Source of the DNA: Nitrospirota bacterium
GTDB lineage: Bacteria > Nitrospirota > UBA9217
Direction: 5' to 3'
NCBI GenBank assembly: GCA_963818475.1
Contig: CAWFSF010000006.1
Coordinates: forward strand, 1,888,001 to 1,952,000
Length of the DNA stretch: 64,000 nt
Shown here: piece after piece, positions 21,343 to 34,680 of the stretch
Position numbering within the stretch: the first letter of the stretch is position 1
How the letters are laid out: each line of letters starts with the position of its first letter
Translations under genes and position numbers: made by a program
The notes under the pieces: model-generated
The model's input: only the letters and a program-made list of their open reading frames with translations
Databases searched by the model: none
Told to the model about the DNA's origin: nothing

Positions 21343-22555
21343 TTACGGCTGATTGTCCCGATCCACTGCATTTTTTACCATATCGAGAATGCCCGGGATG
21401 GCCGAAGTAACCCGGTTCCAGTTCGGGATAAGCGGCGTGCCCAGCGGATTCTCCATAAAAACCTGCGCTGCCTGAGCGATGGCGCGCGTGAAGGCTTCCA
21501 CAGCCTTTGCCTCCTCGTGCCGGTCGAACTCAAGTCCGTTGATCGCTGCATCGGCTTCGTATTTCATGATGGCATCCTCCGCGCTGTCTCAGGTATACCA
21601 CGGACAGAGACTTGAAAAATCCGTCTGAAAACACGACACCCTCCGAGGCCAGGGTCCTGAAGATGGACTTGCAGATGTCAACGGTCATCTTCATCAATCC
21701 CTGATTTGCGTCATCGGGGGAAAGCGCCTGATGCTTATGCTCGTACGTCTCGGCGATGTCCACCTGGCACACCCGCCGCGGCGAGTAGTTGCGGTATACT
21801 TCGGCCAGCGAGCCGACCTCCAGTCCCCAGTCCCAGGGTATGCGGTTGACCCTCGCCATGTCAGTGCTCATCGCGAACTCGCCGGAGAGCGGGTAACGGA
21901 AGCTGTCGATGAACTTGAGAAACCCGTGTTCCCCTCCCAGACTCTGGAGAGACCGTACGAGCGGGGTCACGAGGAGGCGGGTAACGCGGCCGTGCATCTT
22001 GCTCGTGACCCTGCTGTAGTATCCCTTGCAAAAGGCGTAGTCCAGGTTGGGATTGGCCACGGGGTAGCACAACCGCGCGAGAAGCGCCCTGCTGTAGTTC
22101 ACGATGTCGCAATCGTGGAGCGCGATGACATCGCAGGTTCCGTTCGCGATCACATATCCATAGGCCAGCCAGGCGGACCGTCCCTTTCCCCGCTCGCCGA
22201 CATCAAGTCCATTCCGCTTGAAGGTATCATAAATTTCCATGATCCGTTTGCCGTCATTATGGATGATCCTGACCTTGCCCGGGATCGGGGCCATAAACTC
22301 CCTGACACGCTGGAACTCCTTGTCCGATGCCTTGTCCAGCACCAGCACGATCTCACACAGGTATTTCACCTTCGCAAGCTCCTGCACGATCCCCGGCATG
22401 GCAGGCCCCTCGAACTCGGAATAGAGCGCAGGGAGCACGAGCGCGACCGGTCGGGTCCGCGAGAACTGCAGCAGCTCGCCTTCGAGCCGTTCGAGCGAAG
22501 GTTTGCCGAGCTGGTGGAGCGTCGTAATGATCCCGGTCTGGTAAAAATCGGTCAT
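21343..22555 (-). CDS. gpgS: Glucosyl-3-phosphoglycerate synthase-like glycosyltransferase (frameshift near 21580)
   Basis: Motifs MTDFYQTGIITTLH, GKGRSAW, HDCD, GRVTRL, YPLSGEF and YEHKHQ. Confidence 0.75.
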
Positions 22556-22569
22556 GAACCTTCCTCCGG

Positions 22570-23274
22570 TCAGATGTGCTCGATATCGTCCTTCGCCTCG
22601 CTCGCGCTTTTTTCCACGGTCTCCCGTTCGATCATCCGCCTCGCCGCGTCAATGCCGCCCACGCCGAACGATATGGCGAGGGCTGCGACGATGCCGCCGA
22701 AGATGATCGAGAAGGCGGCAAGCACGATGCCGGGCGCGACCTGGAGCTGTTCCAGGACCATGGCCAGTATCAGGACCGTCAGGAGAAGGCGTATGGCCTC
22801 CGCAAGGAGCTTGGCAAAGTGAAATCCGCTGTTCACGGCGGCGATCAGCACGGCCCGGCTGAGAAACCCGGCAAAAACATAGCCGATGACCAGGATCAGG
22901 ACCGCGGAAAAAGCGCGGGGAAGATACATGAAGAACTGGGCAACAAGCTGATCGATGGCCGTGATCTTGAGTGCGTTCAGGCCGGTCATCAACACAACAA
23001 TGATCAGGAGCCAGAAAACGATGGCGCCGAGAGCAAGGGACGGTTTCGCCCACAGGTCTCCCTTGCGGAGGATCGATGTTACGCCCATTCTGTCCGACCA
23101 GCTGTCGAACTTGATCGCTGCCAGGAACCTCACAAACACGATCCTGACGACCCGGGCCAGCAGGATCCCGACCAGCAGAATGACGAGCATGGCCAGCAGG
23201 TTCGGCAGGAAAGTCTTTATCATGAGAAACACTTCCTGCAACGGTTCGAGTATCAGATTAAAGAAATCCGTCAT
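22570..23274 (-). CDS. Membrane protein with TM-helix repeats (MscS-associated/CmpX-like)
   Basis: Repeated LPNLLA/LPRAFSA TM units; motif AISFGVGG. Confidence 0.7.
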   Translation of the reverse strand: MTDFFNLILEPLQEVFLMIKTFLPNLLAMLVILLVGILLARVVRIVFVRFLAAIKFDSWSDRMGVTSILRKGDLWAKPSLALGAIVFWLLIIVVLMTGLNALKITAIDQLVAQFFMYLPRAFSAVLILVIGYVFAGFLSRAVLIAAVNSGFHFAKLLAEAIRLLLTVLILAMVLEQLQVAPGIVLAAFSIIFGGIVAALAISFGVGGIDAARRMIERETVEKSASEAKDDIEHI

Positions 23275-23292
23275 GGGTTCACCTCCCGAAGA

Positions 23293-24553
23293 TTATTTCC
23301 AGTTTGTTACCAGATATTCCTTGTTGCTCTCAAATTCCTGACAGAGCTTTTCGATCTCCGCCTCCGCCTCTTGCTGGCCCATCTGCTCCACCTCCAGGAT
23401 GAACGATGCGGTCTTCCCGAGATAGAGCGGCGTCAGGGACTTTATCAGATGTTCGACCGGCAGTTTCTTTTTGTGATAGGCCAGGGCGTAATCATAGATG
23501 ACCCGCGTCCAGAGCGTGAGCGGGAACCGAAACTCCCGGTCTCCCAGCGTGCCGAGCCTTTCCACTTCCCTGAAATCGCCGGTCCCGAGGATATCGTTCC
23601 AGAGTGCGCCGAGGTTCTTAAGACCTTCCCGGAACATATTCAGCATCCGCGGGGTATTCACGTTGACCGGCTCCAGGCCGACCGAGTACTCAAAGCCAAA
23701 GGCGCTCATCGGTTCAGATCCGCGGATCGGCTTCCAGACATCACCATAGGTCTCCATGAGCTCGAACGTGGCGCCGACCACCTGGTAGAGCATGGCGCTC
23801 AGGTCGGAACCGGGGTCCTTGGCATCGTGGATCTTGGCGCCGAGAAAAGACTGGGTCACCTTGAACTGGTTCGCCAGGGCCGTCGTGGTCATCCAGATGT
23901 CGATGCCGAACCGTGCGACGTCGGTCTCCCAGACGTCCTTGGTGAGGTAGAATTTTGCAAGCCTGCCCGAGAAGCCGAAATCGCCGCCAATGGGCTGGCG
24001 CACGCGTTTGCCGTAAAGCGCCCGGGTCAGCGGGTACACGATGCTGTTCGTGATGGTGCCGTCGTACTTATGCCGGTGGTACAGCGGCGCCACATAATCG
24101 AACCCGCCCTCAAGCACCGGCTTCACCAGCAGTTCCACCCATTCGGGCGTGATGCTCCTGAGGTCCGAATCGACGACAACGCAGGCCTTTGCGTCCAAGC
24201 GCCCCGGCCACTTCAAAGATCGTACGAAAGGCGCTTCCCTTGCCCGGGATCCCTGAATAGGGGGTCGCTATCTTGAACAGAGGCTCCACGCGATGGTGAA
24301 GCAGGATGGAAGCATAGTTTTCGATGGAGGTGTTCTGTACCACATCGAGGGTGTCGTCCGTTGAACCGCCGTCGGAATTGACCAGCACGCTCTTCTTGTC
24401 CGGGAAATATTTCGCCAGCCCGGCCTGGACCGCCCGGACCACATGGCCGATCGTCCGGGCGTTGTTGAAGCTCGGGATGCCCACAACGATATCGGCCGAC
24501 CCGACCCGATCGAGAAAATTCCGGACTTCCTGACGATGAATGATCTCAGCCAT
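23293..24553 (-). CDS. GT2 glycosyltransferase, glucosylglycerate synthase-like (frameshift near 24205)
   Basis: Motifs VGIPSFNN, DGGSTD, GKGSA, VDSDL, RQPIGGDF and FGIDIWMT. Confidence 0.75.
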
Positions 24554-24618
24554 AGGTTTATATCCCAATGTTGTTATTATAGCCCAAGGTCGCTGTTTTG
24601 GCGGACATCGCCGTTCAC

Positions 24619-25957
24619 TTATCGTTCGATCAGCAGGATCTGGATATCCATCACGTTCGTGCCCGTCGGGCCGGTCACCAGGAGGCGTTTTTCATGGTCC
24701 AGAGCATCCAGTTTGCTGAAAAACGTATACGAGTCGTTGTTCCCCAGATAGGACTCGGGATGGACGCCGAGTTCCCGGGCCCGTTGTGCTGTTAATCCGT
24801 CAACGACGGCGCCGGCCGCGTCTGTCGGGCCGTCGGTGCCGTCCGTGCCGGCCGAGAGCAGGGTGACGCCGGGCGTGCCCGCTATCTCGATCGCAAAGGC
24901 CAGGGCAAGCTCCTGGTTCCGTCCGCCCTTGCCGTTCCCGTGGACAATGACCGTCGTCTCCCCGCCCGAGAGGAGGCACCGCCGCTCGCCCGGCTTGAGC
25001 TCATCTTGCATCTGCAGCGCCTGCCGCGCCAGCAAACGGGCAACATCGCGCGCTTCACCCTGAAGCTCCGCAGTGACGACTTCAGCCCTCCATCCGAGGG
25101 CTGTTGCCTTCTCCCTGGCAGCGGCAAGGGCCTGAGCAAGGCTGCCGATGATCACGTTCCTGGTCTTCAGGAAGCAGGCATCTCCGCTCTTCACGGTTTC
25201 CGGTTCCTGTCCCGCCTTTCCCCGTTCAAGGAACGAGGCCACCTCCGCGGGGATCGCCGACGTTAATTTATACCGCTCGATCACCTGTACGGCATCGGCA
25301 AAGGTCGAGGTATCGGACGCCGTCGGTCCTGAAGCGATCACGTCGAGCCGGTCGCCGATGACGTCGGAGAGGATCAGCGTCACCACCGTAGCCGGGCGGG
25401 CCGCCTGAGCAAGCCTGCCGCCCTTGACAGCGGAAAGGTGCTTCCGGACCGTGTTCAGCTCATCGATGGTCGCGCCGGCCTTGAGGAGAAGATCCGTGGT
25501 CCGCTGCTTATGCTCCAGCGTGATGCCCGGGCAGCGGCGCGACCAGCAGAGATGATCCGCCGCCCGAAAGAAGACAGATCACGAGCGTCCGTTCATCAGC
25601 CTGGCGGACCGCATCAAGGATCCTCTGCGTGCCGAGCATTCCCGCATGATCAGGAATGGGATGGCCCGCCTCGATCTGTTCGATCGTCAAGAGTTTCTTC
25701 GCATGTCCGTATTTCACGACAAGGATGCCCTGATCGATCTTTTTACCCAGAACCTCTTCGACGGCGCTCGCCATGGATGCTGAGGCTTTTCCTGCGCCGA
25801 CAACCACGATCCGGTCAAATACGTCAAGGTTGTAAACGCCGCCCCCGACCATGAGCAGATTGTTCTCGACCCTGAAAGCCTTGATCACCGCACGAAAGGG
25901 GTCTACTGCCGAGAGGGCCGCATGGAACATGTCCAGCAAAGGTCCATTGTTCATCAT
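24619..25957 (-). CDS. Glycerate kinase type 2 (MOFRL family; frameshift near 25530)
   Basis: Motifs GAGKA, HPIPD, LSGGGSSL, SGGETTV, GGRNQE and GPTGTNVMD. Confidence 0.88.
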
Positions 25958-26782
25958 TTCACCAATTCCAGCACTGCTTCATTCCACCCGGCAGGGCCGA
26001 TGCCTTCCGTCCGGACCAGCCCCGGGATGTCGATCCGCTCATCGTATCTGCCGTTTTCTTTCTTTACCAGGACCGGCCGGTCCACGGCAAGGAGAAAGGG
26101 AAGATCATTCAAACTGTCGCCGATACCGATGGTCGTAACAGGTCCATCCTTTTGTTCATAGAGCCCTCTGAGGATATTCACCGCCCTGCCCTTATGGTGG
26201 TCACCCATGAAGTGAAAGAACCTTCCCTGCGTCCAGCGAAGCCCCTCGCTTTCAATCTCTCTGAGGAATCGTTCATCAGGCGGCTTATCCAGAAAAATAA
26301 AAGGCTCCTCAAAATCTCTTTGTTTGGCAAGACGTGCCTCCTCAAAAGTCAGTCCTGTCAGTGCGGCAACTTCGTCAATGCTCATATCGCCAAAACCGCG
26401 GACAGCGATCCCGAGCCGGTCACGCAAAGCGATGAACCGCTTTCGTATCTCCTCATAGGGCATGCCAAGAGATATCAGCTTCATACCCGTTCCGCCGGTC
26501 ACCGGATTTATGAAACGGGAAATATCCCACTGGAAGATATATCCCCCCGCCGTTCTCGGAAATGAAGGGATGTGCGTTGTCCAGGCGTTTCCGGTACACT
26601 TCGATCTCCGCCCGGGTCTTGCTGGAACAGAGGACCAGCGGGATTTCCCTCTGCCTTATCCGCTCGAGCGCGGGCCTCGCTTCTTCAAAGGAGTAGGTCC
26701 GCGGATGCAGCAAAGAACCGTCCAGATCGGTTACAATGATCAGGCGCGGGGAAGGCGCTGTTCGTTCAGTCATGATGGTCAT
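25954..26782 (-). CDS. Mannosyl/glucosyl-3-phosphoglycerate phosphatase (HAD-IIB; frameshift near 26500)
   Basis: Motifs TDLDGSLL, SSKTRAE, ENGG and GDSLND. Confidence 0.82.
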
Positions 26783-26998
26783 TCTTCTCTGTTTTTATCT
26801 TCTTGAACTCTTGTTTCCGGCCGGTGGGCGATCAGGCCGCCGGCGAGCATGCCGATCAGCATGGCTGCCACGATCACGATTGTGAGCGGCGTCTCAAAAT
26901 TCCAGAAAAGTACCGCCACCGATACAGGCGGTGCATTCTGTACGGAAAAGACGGCCACTGCCGCGATCAGCATGCATGATGAAACCGTATTTTTTCAT
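26779..26998 (-). CDS. LapA/DUF1049 family small membrane protein
   Basis: Motif FSVQN..V.V.F.....PL. Confidence 0.6.
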
Positions 26999-27534
26999 GG
27001 GTTCGGCGACCTCATCGGAAAGCACTGAGGAAGACAACATTCAGTGCGTAGACGTACAATACGTTCTCGCGAAATGAAAAAGGCCGGCAGAAGCATCGTC
27101 AATGCTCATCACCAGCCCTCTTTCCCGCAGAGCCATCGTAATTTCTTATGATGGTTCTGTGGGCGCGTCAGTCCGCTACTACACGTTAACACTTAATGCA
27201 TTTATTATATTCTATCTGATCCTCTGTGTCAAACATGCCTGATAAAGCTCAGCGCTTCTTCTCCGAGTCCGCCTGACACCGCAGCAAAAGAGACTGCATA
27301 TTGATGTGCGAGTAGAGGGCACTTTTGAAGTTCGTCTGGCAATTTAACCGCCTGGCGGCAGCCCTCTGCCTTTGCTAATCTTCCCCCTTAGCCCCTCCGA
27401 TAGTACGACAATATGAAAATCCTCCACGCGATTAATTCTCAGTACAATGATATCGTCTTGAACAAGGATAAGGAATACCGGATCGTCGGGGTGGTAATGG
27501 AGATGAAGATACGGTACAAGTAATCTACAGGTAA

Positions 27535-30500
27535 CTAATTTTTACTCCCTGATTTTGCTACACTCACAGCAGTTTCAGCAATAAATTCTATCTTTCGCAA
27601 TGATCGAACTGCTCGGTCGCGAACCTCTGGCGCGATATCATGAAGCATTTTCATTGCGATTGCTTTTGCTTCATCTTTCCCGATCCAAGGTTTATCAAGA
27701 GCAGATACAATAATTGAACGTAAATCAGCTCGTTTAGAATCGAGCAATTTTAAAATTCCCACCTTGGCACTTTGTAACACATCTGTTGACAGATCCATCA
27801 TTTTCTTGAGTAGTCCCGCCGATATTTCTCCGCTTTCGATACCGGGTAAAATCCGATGCACTTCGCTGCTGTCTTTATTCATCACTTCCATTATTGCATT
27901 GGCCGCCTCGTCTCGGACATCGCTTCTTACGTCAAGAATAATAAACCAATAAGTCATCAAGTTTATGATCATCCAACAAATTCAACATGGCTTTCAACAG
28001 ATTCTTTCTTGGGCTCGTAGGGATGAACCCACCCTTAACTGGATACGGCGCCTCATGAACTTTCCAGTGATTGTATGCATGTTGTAGTTCGGCAGAGAAT
28101 GAAGCTGGTAACTTCATTTTCGCACACGCTTCTGCGGCACCGTCAGCAACGTTCGCATCGGATGCCATTATCCCTTTAAGCAGTATCTTTGTAACAGCGT
28201 TAGTAACAGCTTGCCCATCACTTTCACATATCTTCGGCAAACATTGAAAAAGGTATTCACAGCCGCGTGTTAATTTTTCATCAAGTCGATTAAGCACCTT
28301 AGCGCACGCCATTTCATTCCAGATTTCAGAAGCTATATTGCTAATCAGCCAAAGTGCAGTTTTACCCCCTTTAGACATTACGGCTTCGACCGCAGCCTTT
28401 CCCTCTAATCCACCCGCACCAGCTACGAGTAATTGAGCTGCGGTGATCCCAACCACTTCAGAAGGATGAATCAGAGCCATTGCGAGCTTGGCGGGATCAT
28501 ACGTCATTTTACTTGCAATGCGCCAGTCAGCATCGACAGTCACATCATACAACAAGTCGAATAGACTTCTAATTTTATCATCATGTAATAGATTCAATGC
28601 TGAATTAGCCTCTGCGACAAGCTGACTCGGTGCTAACTTAGCAGCTGCTGCAGCTCCGCGGATAGCCATTTTTAGCATATCAACATGGAGCCTCTTACCA
28701 AGTATGAGATAATGACTCGCTTCAATTTCCGGAAATCGCATTACCTGATACAAGGCGCTAAGCGAAATATACTTATCACAATCGCCCGCTTCAACTCGAC
28801 CAGGGGTTGTTTCAGCAAATGCGGTTATGATAGCCTCCAAGACTGCTTTATCAGCCTCAACGTGTGATTTTCTCCAATCTTGTATGTTACCGATGTTATC
28901 AATAATTGGTCCCGCCCATCGCTTGTCGCCTTCCTGCACTAAATCACGACAGCCCTTCTCTATAAGGACTTCACGCAGATGCCCCATGATCTTAAGCGAA
29001 AAATGACCGCTCAGAAAAATGCGAGAAATCTTCCCAAGAATGTCCTCTGACTTTCGCTCAGCAAGAAGTAACTCAGTAGCATGGGAAAGATATATATCAA
29101 CGATCTCACTCACATCACTTCTTATCATTAGCCCCCCTCCCGGAGCACTTACAGCTGAGGGCTCAAGCATAGATTCAAAATCGCGCTCTAAAATATCTAA
29201 ATTTACATATTGCTTTCCCGCTAATAACGCTATAGTGGTAGCAATCAATTTTGTCCATCTCTGATCGTGATTCAATAACTTGCTTGCGAGTGGCCCTATG
29301 ACCGCTGGAGAAAGTCGAGCGAAACCCAAAGCGGCTCGACCTGATTCATAAGCTATCACTGGTATATTGGAGGATAGTCGCGCTGTTAAATGATCAGCAA
29401 CTATCGATGACAATTCAGAGGAGACATTATCTGTTTCAGATTGACAGGAGGCTGCCAGTAAAGCTTCCGTCGAGGTGGGGTCTTCTATGTCATCAAGTTC
29501 TACTAATTTTCGAATTATCCGATCTGCGCTCCCAGAACCTGCTGTTAGGAGGATCGTTTCTCTCCATCGCGGTAGCTTGCGGATATTGACGATCCACTGA
29601 AATAACTTTTCATCATTTAAGCTGGCGGCAAATCGCGCAGCGGCATACTCACCAAGAGCAAGATGTACGAAAGCAACAGCCTCTTGTCCGCCAGCTGCGA
29701 GACGCTCAAGAAGACGCCGTTCCTCCCAATATTTGAAAGCAATCTCGATTTGCCTCTCTGCTTCAAGAATTGGTGCTTTCAATTCTTCTGAGAGGATAGC
29801 GCCACTCCGCTTAAACAACGTATGTGTATCAATCGCAGGATTATTTTGTATAATCCATCCAATAATACTGAGCGCCCTCAAAGCTAATGATGACTCAATG
29901 GTAATTTGAGATGCTCGCTCATGAAGATGTGAGCGTCCCATAAGATCAATTACCTGTTCAAATAGCGAAGCTCTTTGTCGCCCAAGTTCAAGCTTGTTAA
30001 CAGACAACTGAATCAAGAAGCCTAATAGTAGAGGGTTTGGTGGCAGCCAAGGATGCCGCGCTGCTTTTCTGCAAATTATCTTCAAATATTTTCTTTTCGC
30101 ATTTAACTCGATCTGGACTGTCCTTATAATAACTTGATAGGATTTGCTCAGCGTAATCGAGTGTATCCTGCTTGCTTAACGGAAGTAGTTCGTAATGTTT
30201 CCATCCGGGGAGCATGCTTGGATCATGGCCAATAGCACGAGTCGTTACAACTATTGTAGTCTTTTCATGACCGATTGCCCATTTAGACAATAGATCGGCG
30301 ACTTCTAATCGCTGAGGGTCACATTCGTCTAGTCCGTCAGCGATAAAATAATCTGGAGCAGATAACATCGGCTTGATGCCGTGAAGTGATATTCCTGACC
30401 CGTCACATGCTGCGCTAATAATCGCATCTTCAAAGCGTTCGCCATTCAACTTCATTCGCTGCAAAACAACAGGCAGCCTGACTCTTACGATATTTTTATG

Positions 30501-31565
30501 CATTTCAGCATATCTATGAGCAAGCCTTTTTAGGAGGGTGCTTTTCCCCGCTCCGGGTCCGCCTATTATAACAACTTGTTTGGCAAAGTCTGCTATAAAC
30601 TCCGCATCCCTGATTGTTCTCCCCCGATGGCTTCTATCCGCAAGCCTCTCCCACTCATGATATTGAGCGATAAGCTTCTCGATGCTTTTTATCTCCTCAC
30701 TGGGAGTGGCACTCGTTTCATGCAATGCATTGAGCTTTACCCAGGCAGACGAAATGGGCAACGCTACATCAAAACCTGCTACTTGGAAAGTTTCGGTTGT
30801 GCGTATTACCCAATGGCTATAGATCTCAAGTAAAGCAGCCGCGTTTTCGCTCGTTTTCAACAATACAATCCCATTAGACTGAAGAAAACGCGCTATCGAT
30901 GACGCGTCACGCTGTCCTCTATGCGTGATAAGATCGAGGCCATCCTTAACTAATAGTGCCCAGGTGGACTGAGCTTGACGTGAATCAACAATAGTTTGCC
31001 CGATATATTGCCGTCCGACAGCCTCACCCATTGAGCCTGGATACAAATCAAGGACACTAATTCTCAGCCGTGAGAATATTTCGTCTACTGCTAATCCAGC
31101 AGATTTTAGTTTTGAAATAAACTCGGCTGTAATAGACTTAAGATCATCATGTCTTCCCTGGCTAACGCGGATCACATCTGATCGCAATTCATCGCGTATT
31201 GTCAGGCTCGCTGTTGAATCAACAAGAAGTACAGCGCGCAGATCGCGATCGGCACTAAGGCCACGAGCGAGAGTCATCATAGCCTGCCAAAAGTTTTCAC
31301 TCTTTTGCAGACCATGTTTAGCTTGTACTTCAATGTTAGCTGAACCATCCAGACGAACTTTTATATCATCACCAGGCCCCCCCGTTTCGGATGCTACGGC
31401 GATGGGAACATCCTTCAGATCACCGGAGAACCAGCCAAGCTCTCGCTTCGCCAATATATGGGCAGAAACAAACGCGGTCGCAGCTGCTTGGTAGTTAAAG
31501 CCGCCTCCACCAGCACTGCCACCGGTCTTGTTTCTCGCACGTTTACCTTTACGTTTTAGAGTCAT
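27535..31565 (-). CDS. Large NACHT/STAND NTPase with an N-terminal PD-(D/E)xK-like nuclease and a C-terminal helical repeat region (split into 3 ORFs)
   Basis: N-terminal GFNYQ...E..GDDI...EVQAKH; Walker A GGPGAGKST; Walker B IADGLDE; motif NPLLL; HEAT-like C-terminus. Confidence 0.75.
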
Positions 31566-31576
31566 TTCAAATATGA

Positions 31577-34500
31577 TTATCTGCATCCTTCTATGGCGTT
31601 TATTTCTTCTGAAGTCAGACCATAAAGCTCGAACACCACTTGATCAATCTGTTGGTCTATCGAATCGATTTGGCGCTGAAGAGACGTTTTTTCGTGATCT
31701 GTTTTCATATCCGGATATTTCCGAGTGAGTGTGAACATCTTATCTACGAAGCCGACGAGCTTATCATGTCGCGCCTTATCAGCTGGATCGTCAAAGTTTA
31801 TCGGGCGAAATGGTAGCCTCTCAATAGCCTGTTTATTTACTGCAAAATAGCCACCGCGAAAAGCATTTGTCATTTGACGAATAAAGTTATCCAACAACTT
31901 TGAATTCAGCAAGCCGAGAATATACTTTAGGTCGTGATCTGCTGCATTATCGAAGCGAAGACCATAGCCACCTGTCGTTATATTCACAAAAAATAGATCA
32001 TCATCCTCATCAAGGTCGGCCCGAAGACGTGTAGTCATGTACGGTAAAAGTATTTTTCTGCCAATAAACGTCGCTATGTTTTGACCGCGAGCATAAGCAT
32101 ACCAATCCGGTCGAGAGCTCCAAGTGCCGCGATCGCGATCACCGAGAATCTGTTTTTTCGATTTGAAATATGCCCATGTAAGAGGATAATCGTTCTGTAG
32201 TGCATCGGAAGCAATAAGCTTGGCGTGGCCGTTTGAATCAACAAAGTAAGGATAAATAATATACAGCTGTGCTGATCTATCTGTCACATAACGTTTAACA
32301 TGCTCACCCTTGACAACCGGTCGTAATATTGCCTGCTCAATTTCTATTATCTCATTAAGGCCATTAGTTACTCTGCAAATATTGCCTTTCTTTGACTGAC
32401 GCGTCACCATGTATAACTTATCAGCGCTCGTCTTAAGGCCCTGAAAACAGTGTGGAGCGATACTATTCAGCAAAGGTAACTCGGACTGTAATCTTGTGAG
32501 TAGGTTGCCGCCCGCACCCACGGCAATTGTCCATCGTTGCCCACCATGAGCAAGCTCTATTGAATTAAAATCAAAGTTACCCTCAGACAGCGCCTGCGAT
32601 AACCCACTGGTTCCTTCACTTTTGTATATCGCCCCTAAGTGCGCGTAACGACAAATTTGGCTATCTTTGTGTTTCTGCAGCAAAAGTAAGTTTGTATAAG
32701 TACCTGCACCCCTGAATATTTGAGCGTCTTCAAAATCTACGATATGATCAATGAGATTATTATCTGCAAGTAATCCGCGCAGACCTTCGCCATAATCTGT
32801 TGTAAAGAACTTATTGGGAAGAATAAATCCGAGTCTTCCCTTCTCTTTTAAAAGAGAAACACCTCTCTCAACAAATAAAACATAAATATCATAAGTGGCG
32901 GTCGCGGTGCGATAGTCCTGCGAATAATATTCTCGCATTTCTTCGCCTAGCGATTGACTGCGGATATACGGCGGATTCCCGATCACCGCATCGAAACCGC
33001 CAGCCTTCATGATCGCTGAAAACTCTTTATCCCAATCGAAAACATTGACGCGGTACCTGTCTTCATCGTCCAGCATGGTCTGCTGCTGATAGAAATCAGG
33101 TCCGATAAGCGAGTTGCCGCACTTGATGTTGTCGCCGAGATCGGGCAGCGCGCGTTCATGGAACATGCGAAGCTGGTTCGCGAGGGTCTGGTTGTTCTCG
33201 CCTTCGAGGACTTTGAGGAGCAGGGACAGCTTCGTCACTTCCACAGCCTGGGAGTCGATGTCCACGCCGTAGATGTTGTTCAGGAGGATGCGCTTTTTCT
33301 CCGATGTGGTGAGATTCCAATTCGGCGTGTTGGGATCGGGCGATGGGCCTTGATAAATTGAGGGCTGCTTTGTCTTTGCCCATTTTTCGGGTTCGTTTTC
33401 GATGTACCATTTCAAATGCCAGTCGAGAAGATATTGATATGCGCCGAGCAGGAACGAACCGGACCCGCAGGCCGGATCGAGGATCTTCAGTTTTTCGAAC
33501 TCTCCTTCGGCTTCTTGTCCTCGACCAGCTTCCCTCACCGTATTCTTGACGATGTAATCAACGATGTACTTCGGCGTGTAATAGACGCCGCCCGCTTTTC
33601 TGACCTCGGGCTTTTCCTCAACCTTCGCCTGATGTCCGGCGGTGAGGCGGATGACCTTGCCGAGGAACTGCTCGTACACCTGACCGAGGATGTCGGCGGA
33701 CAGCACGGAGAATTCGTACGGGCTTTCAGGATAGTAGAGCCGGTTGATGATGTCTTTAAGCGGCTTGTCGTCAATGGAGATGTTCGGGGTGAGTTTGTCC
33801 GGCTCCTCGTGCCGTTCCTTTTCCCGCTGAAAATGGAACAGGCCGGAATTATACCGGTCATCAGCCTGGCTGAAGAGCTGCACGAGCCGCTTGTAGACGT
33901 TCGTGCCGTTCAGCTGCATCTGGAGCCTGCCGTATTCCTCGATGCCCCGGTCTTCGCAGATTCGCAGGAACACGATGCGGTCGATGGTGCGCTGCACCGC
34001 AAAGTTCAGTTCCCGCGTGGTCAGGTCCGCATTCCGGAGCGCGATGTTCCTGGCGAGCATGTCGCGCCAGTCTTCGATCTCGGTCAGGAAGGCGTCATCA
34101 ACCGTTGCCGTCCCCTTCTTGAGCTTCGAGGACTCGGCATACTTGTCAAAGGAACCTTTAAGTACGGCTTCGCGGGAAAATATGTTGACGAGTTCATCCC
34201 ATTTAGCCGGATAGTCTTTATACGTGAAGTAGAGAACGCGGCCGGTTGAAGCCTTATCGGTCTGGACAGGTTTTATGCGGCAGTCGTAGACGGCGAATTC
34301 TTCGAAGTCGGTGAGGATGCTTAACGGCAGTTTTGCGGACCAGGCATAGCGCCTGAGTTGAAAGGCGGGACTGACATCGTCCTTGAGGTTGACCGAGGGC
34401 TTTTTCGCTTCAACAAAGAACTTCTTCACGCCGCCGATCCGGAAGCAGTAATCCGGGGCCTTGGTTGCGCCGCCGATCTTGATGGCGTCTTCGTGGATCA

Positions 34501-34680
34501 CATCCCTGTAGGCTTCGGCATAGCCCGCTTGTTGGTCATGTCCCAGCCGAGAGCGCCAAGGAACGGGTTGAGGAACTCCTGCCGGAGCTGCGTTTCGTTG
34601 TATTGCCCGCCTTTGTAGGTTTCAAGGTTCCGGTCAAAGCGTTCGATCAGTTCAGAGATTTCTTTCGGCAGCCCCATCAT
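31577..34680 (-). CDS. Type IIG restriction-modification enzyme (Eco57I-like; frameshift near 34520)
   Basis: REase motif PDY..FFVEAK; MTase motifs GVYYTP, LDPACGSGSFL and GNPPY; C-terminal target recognition domain (TRD). Confidence 0.9.
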
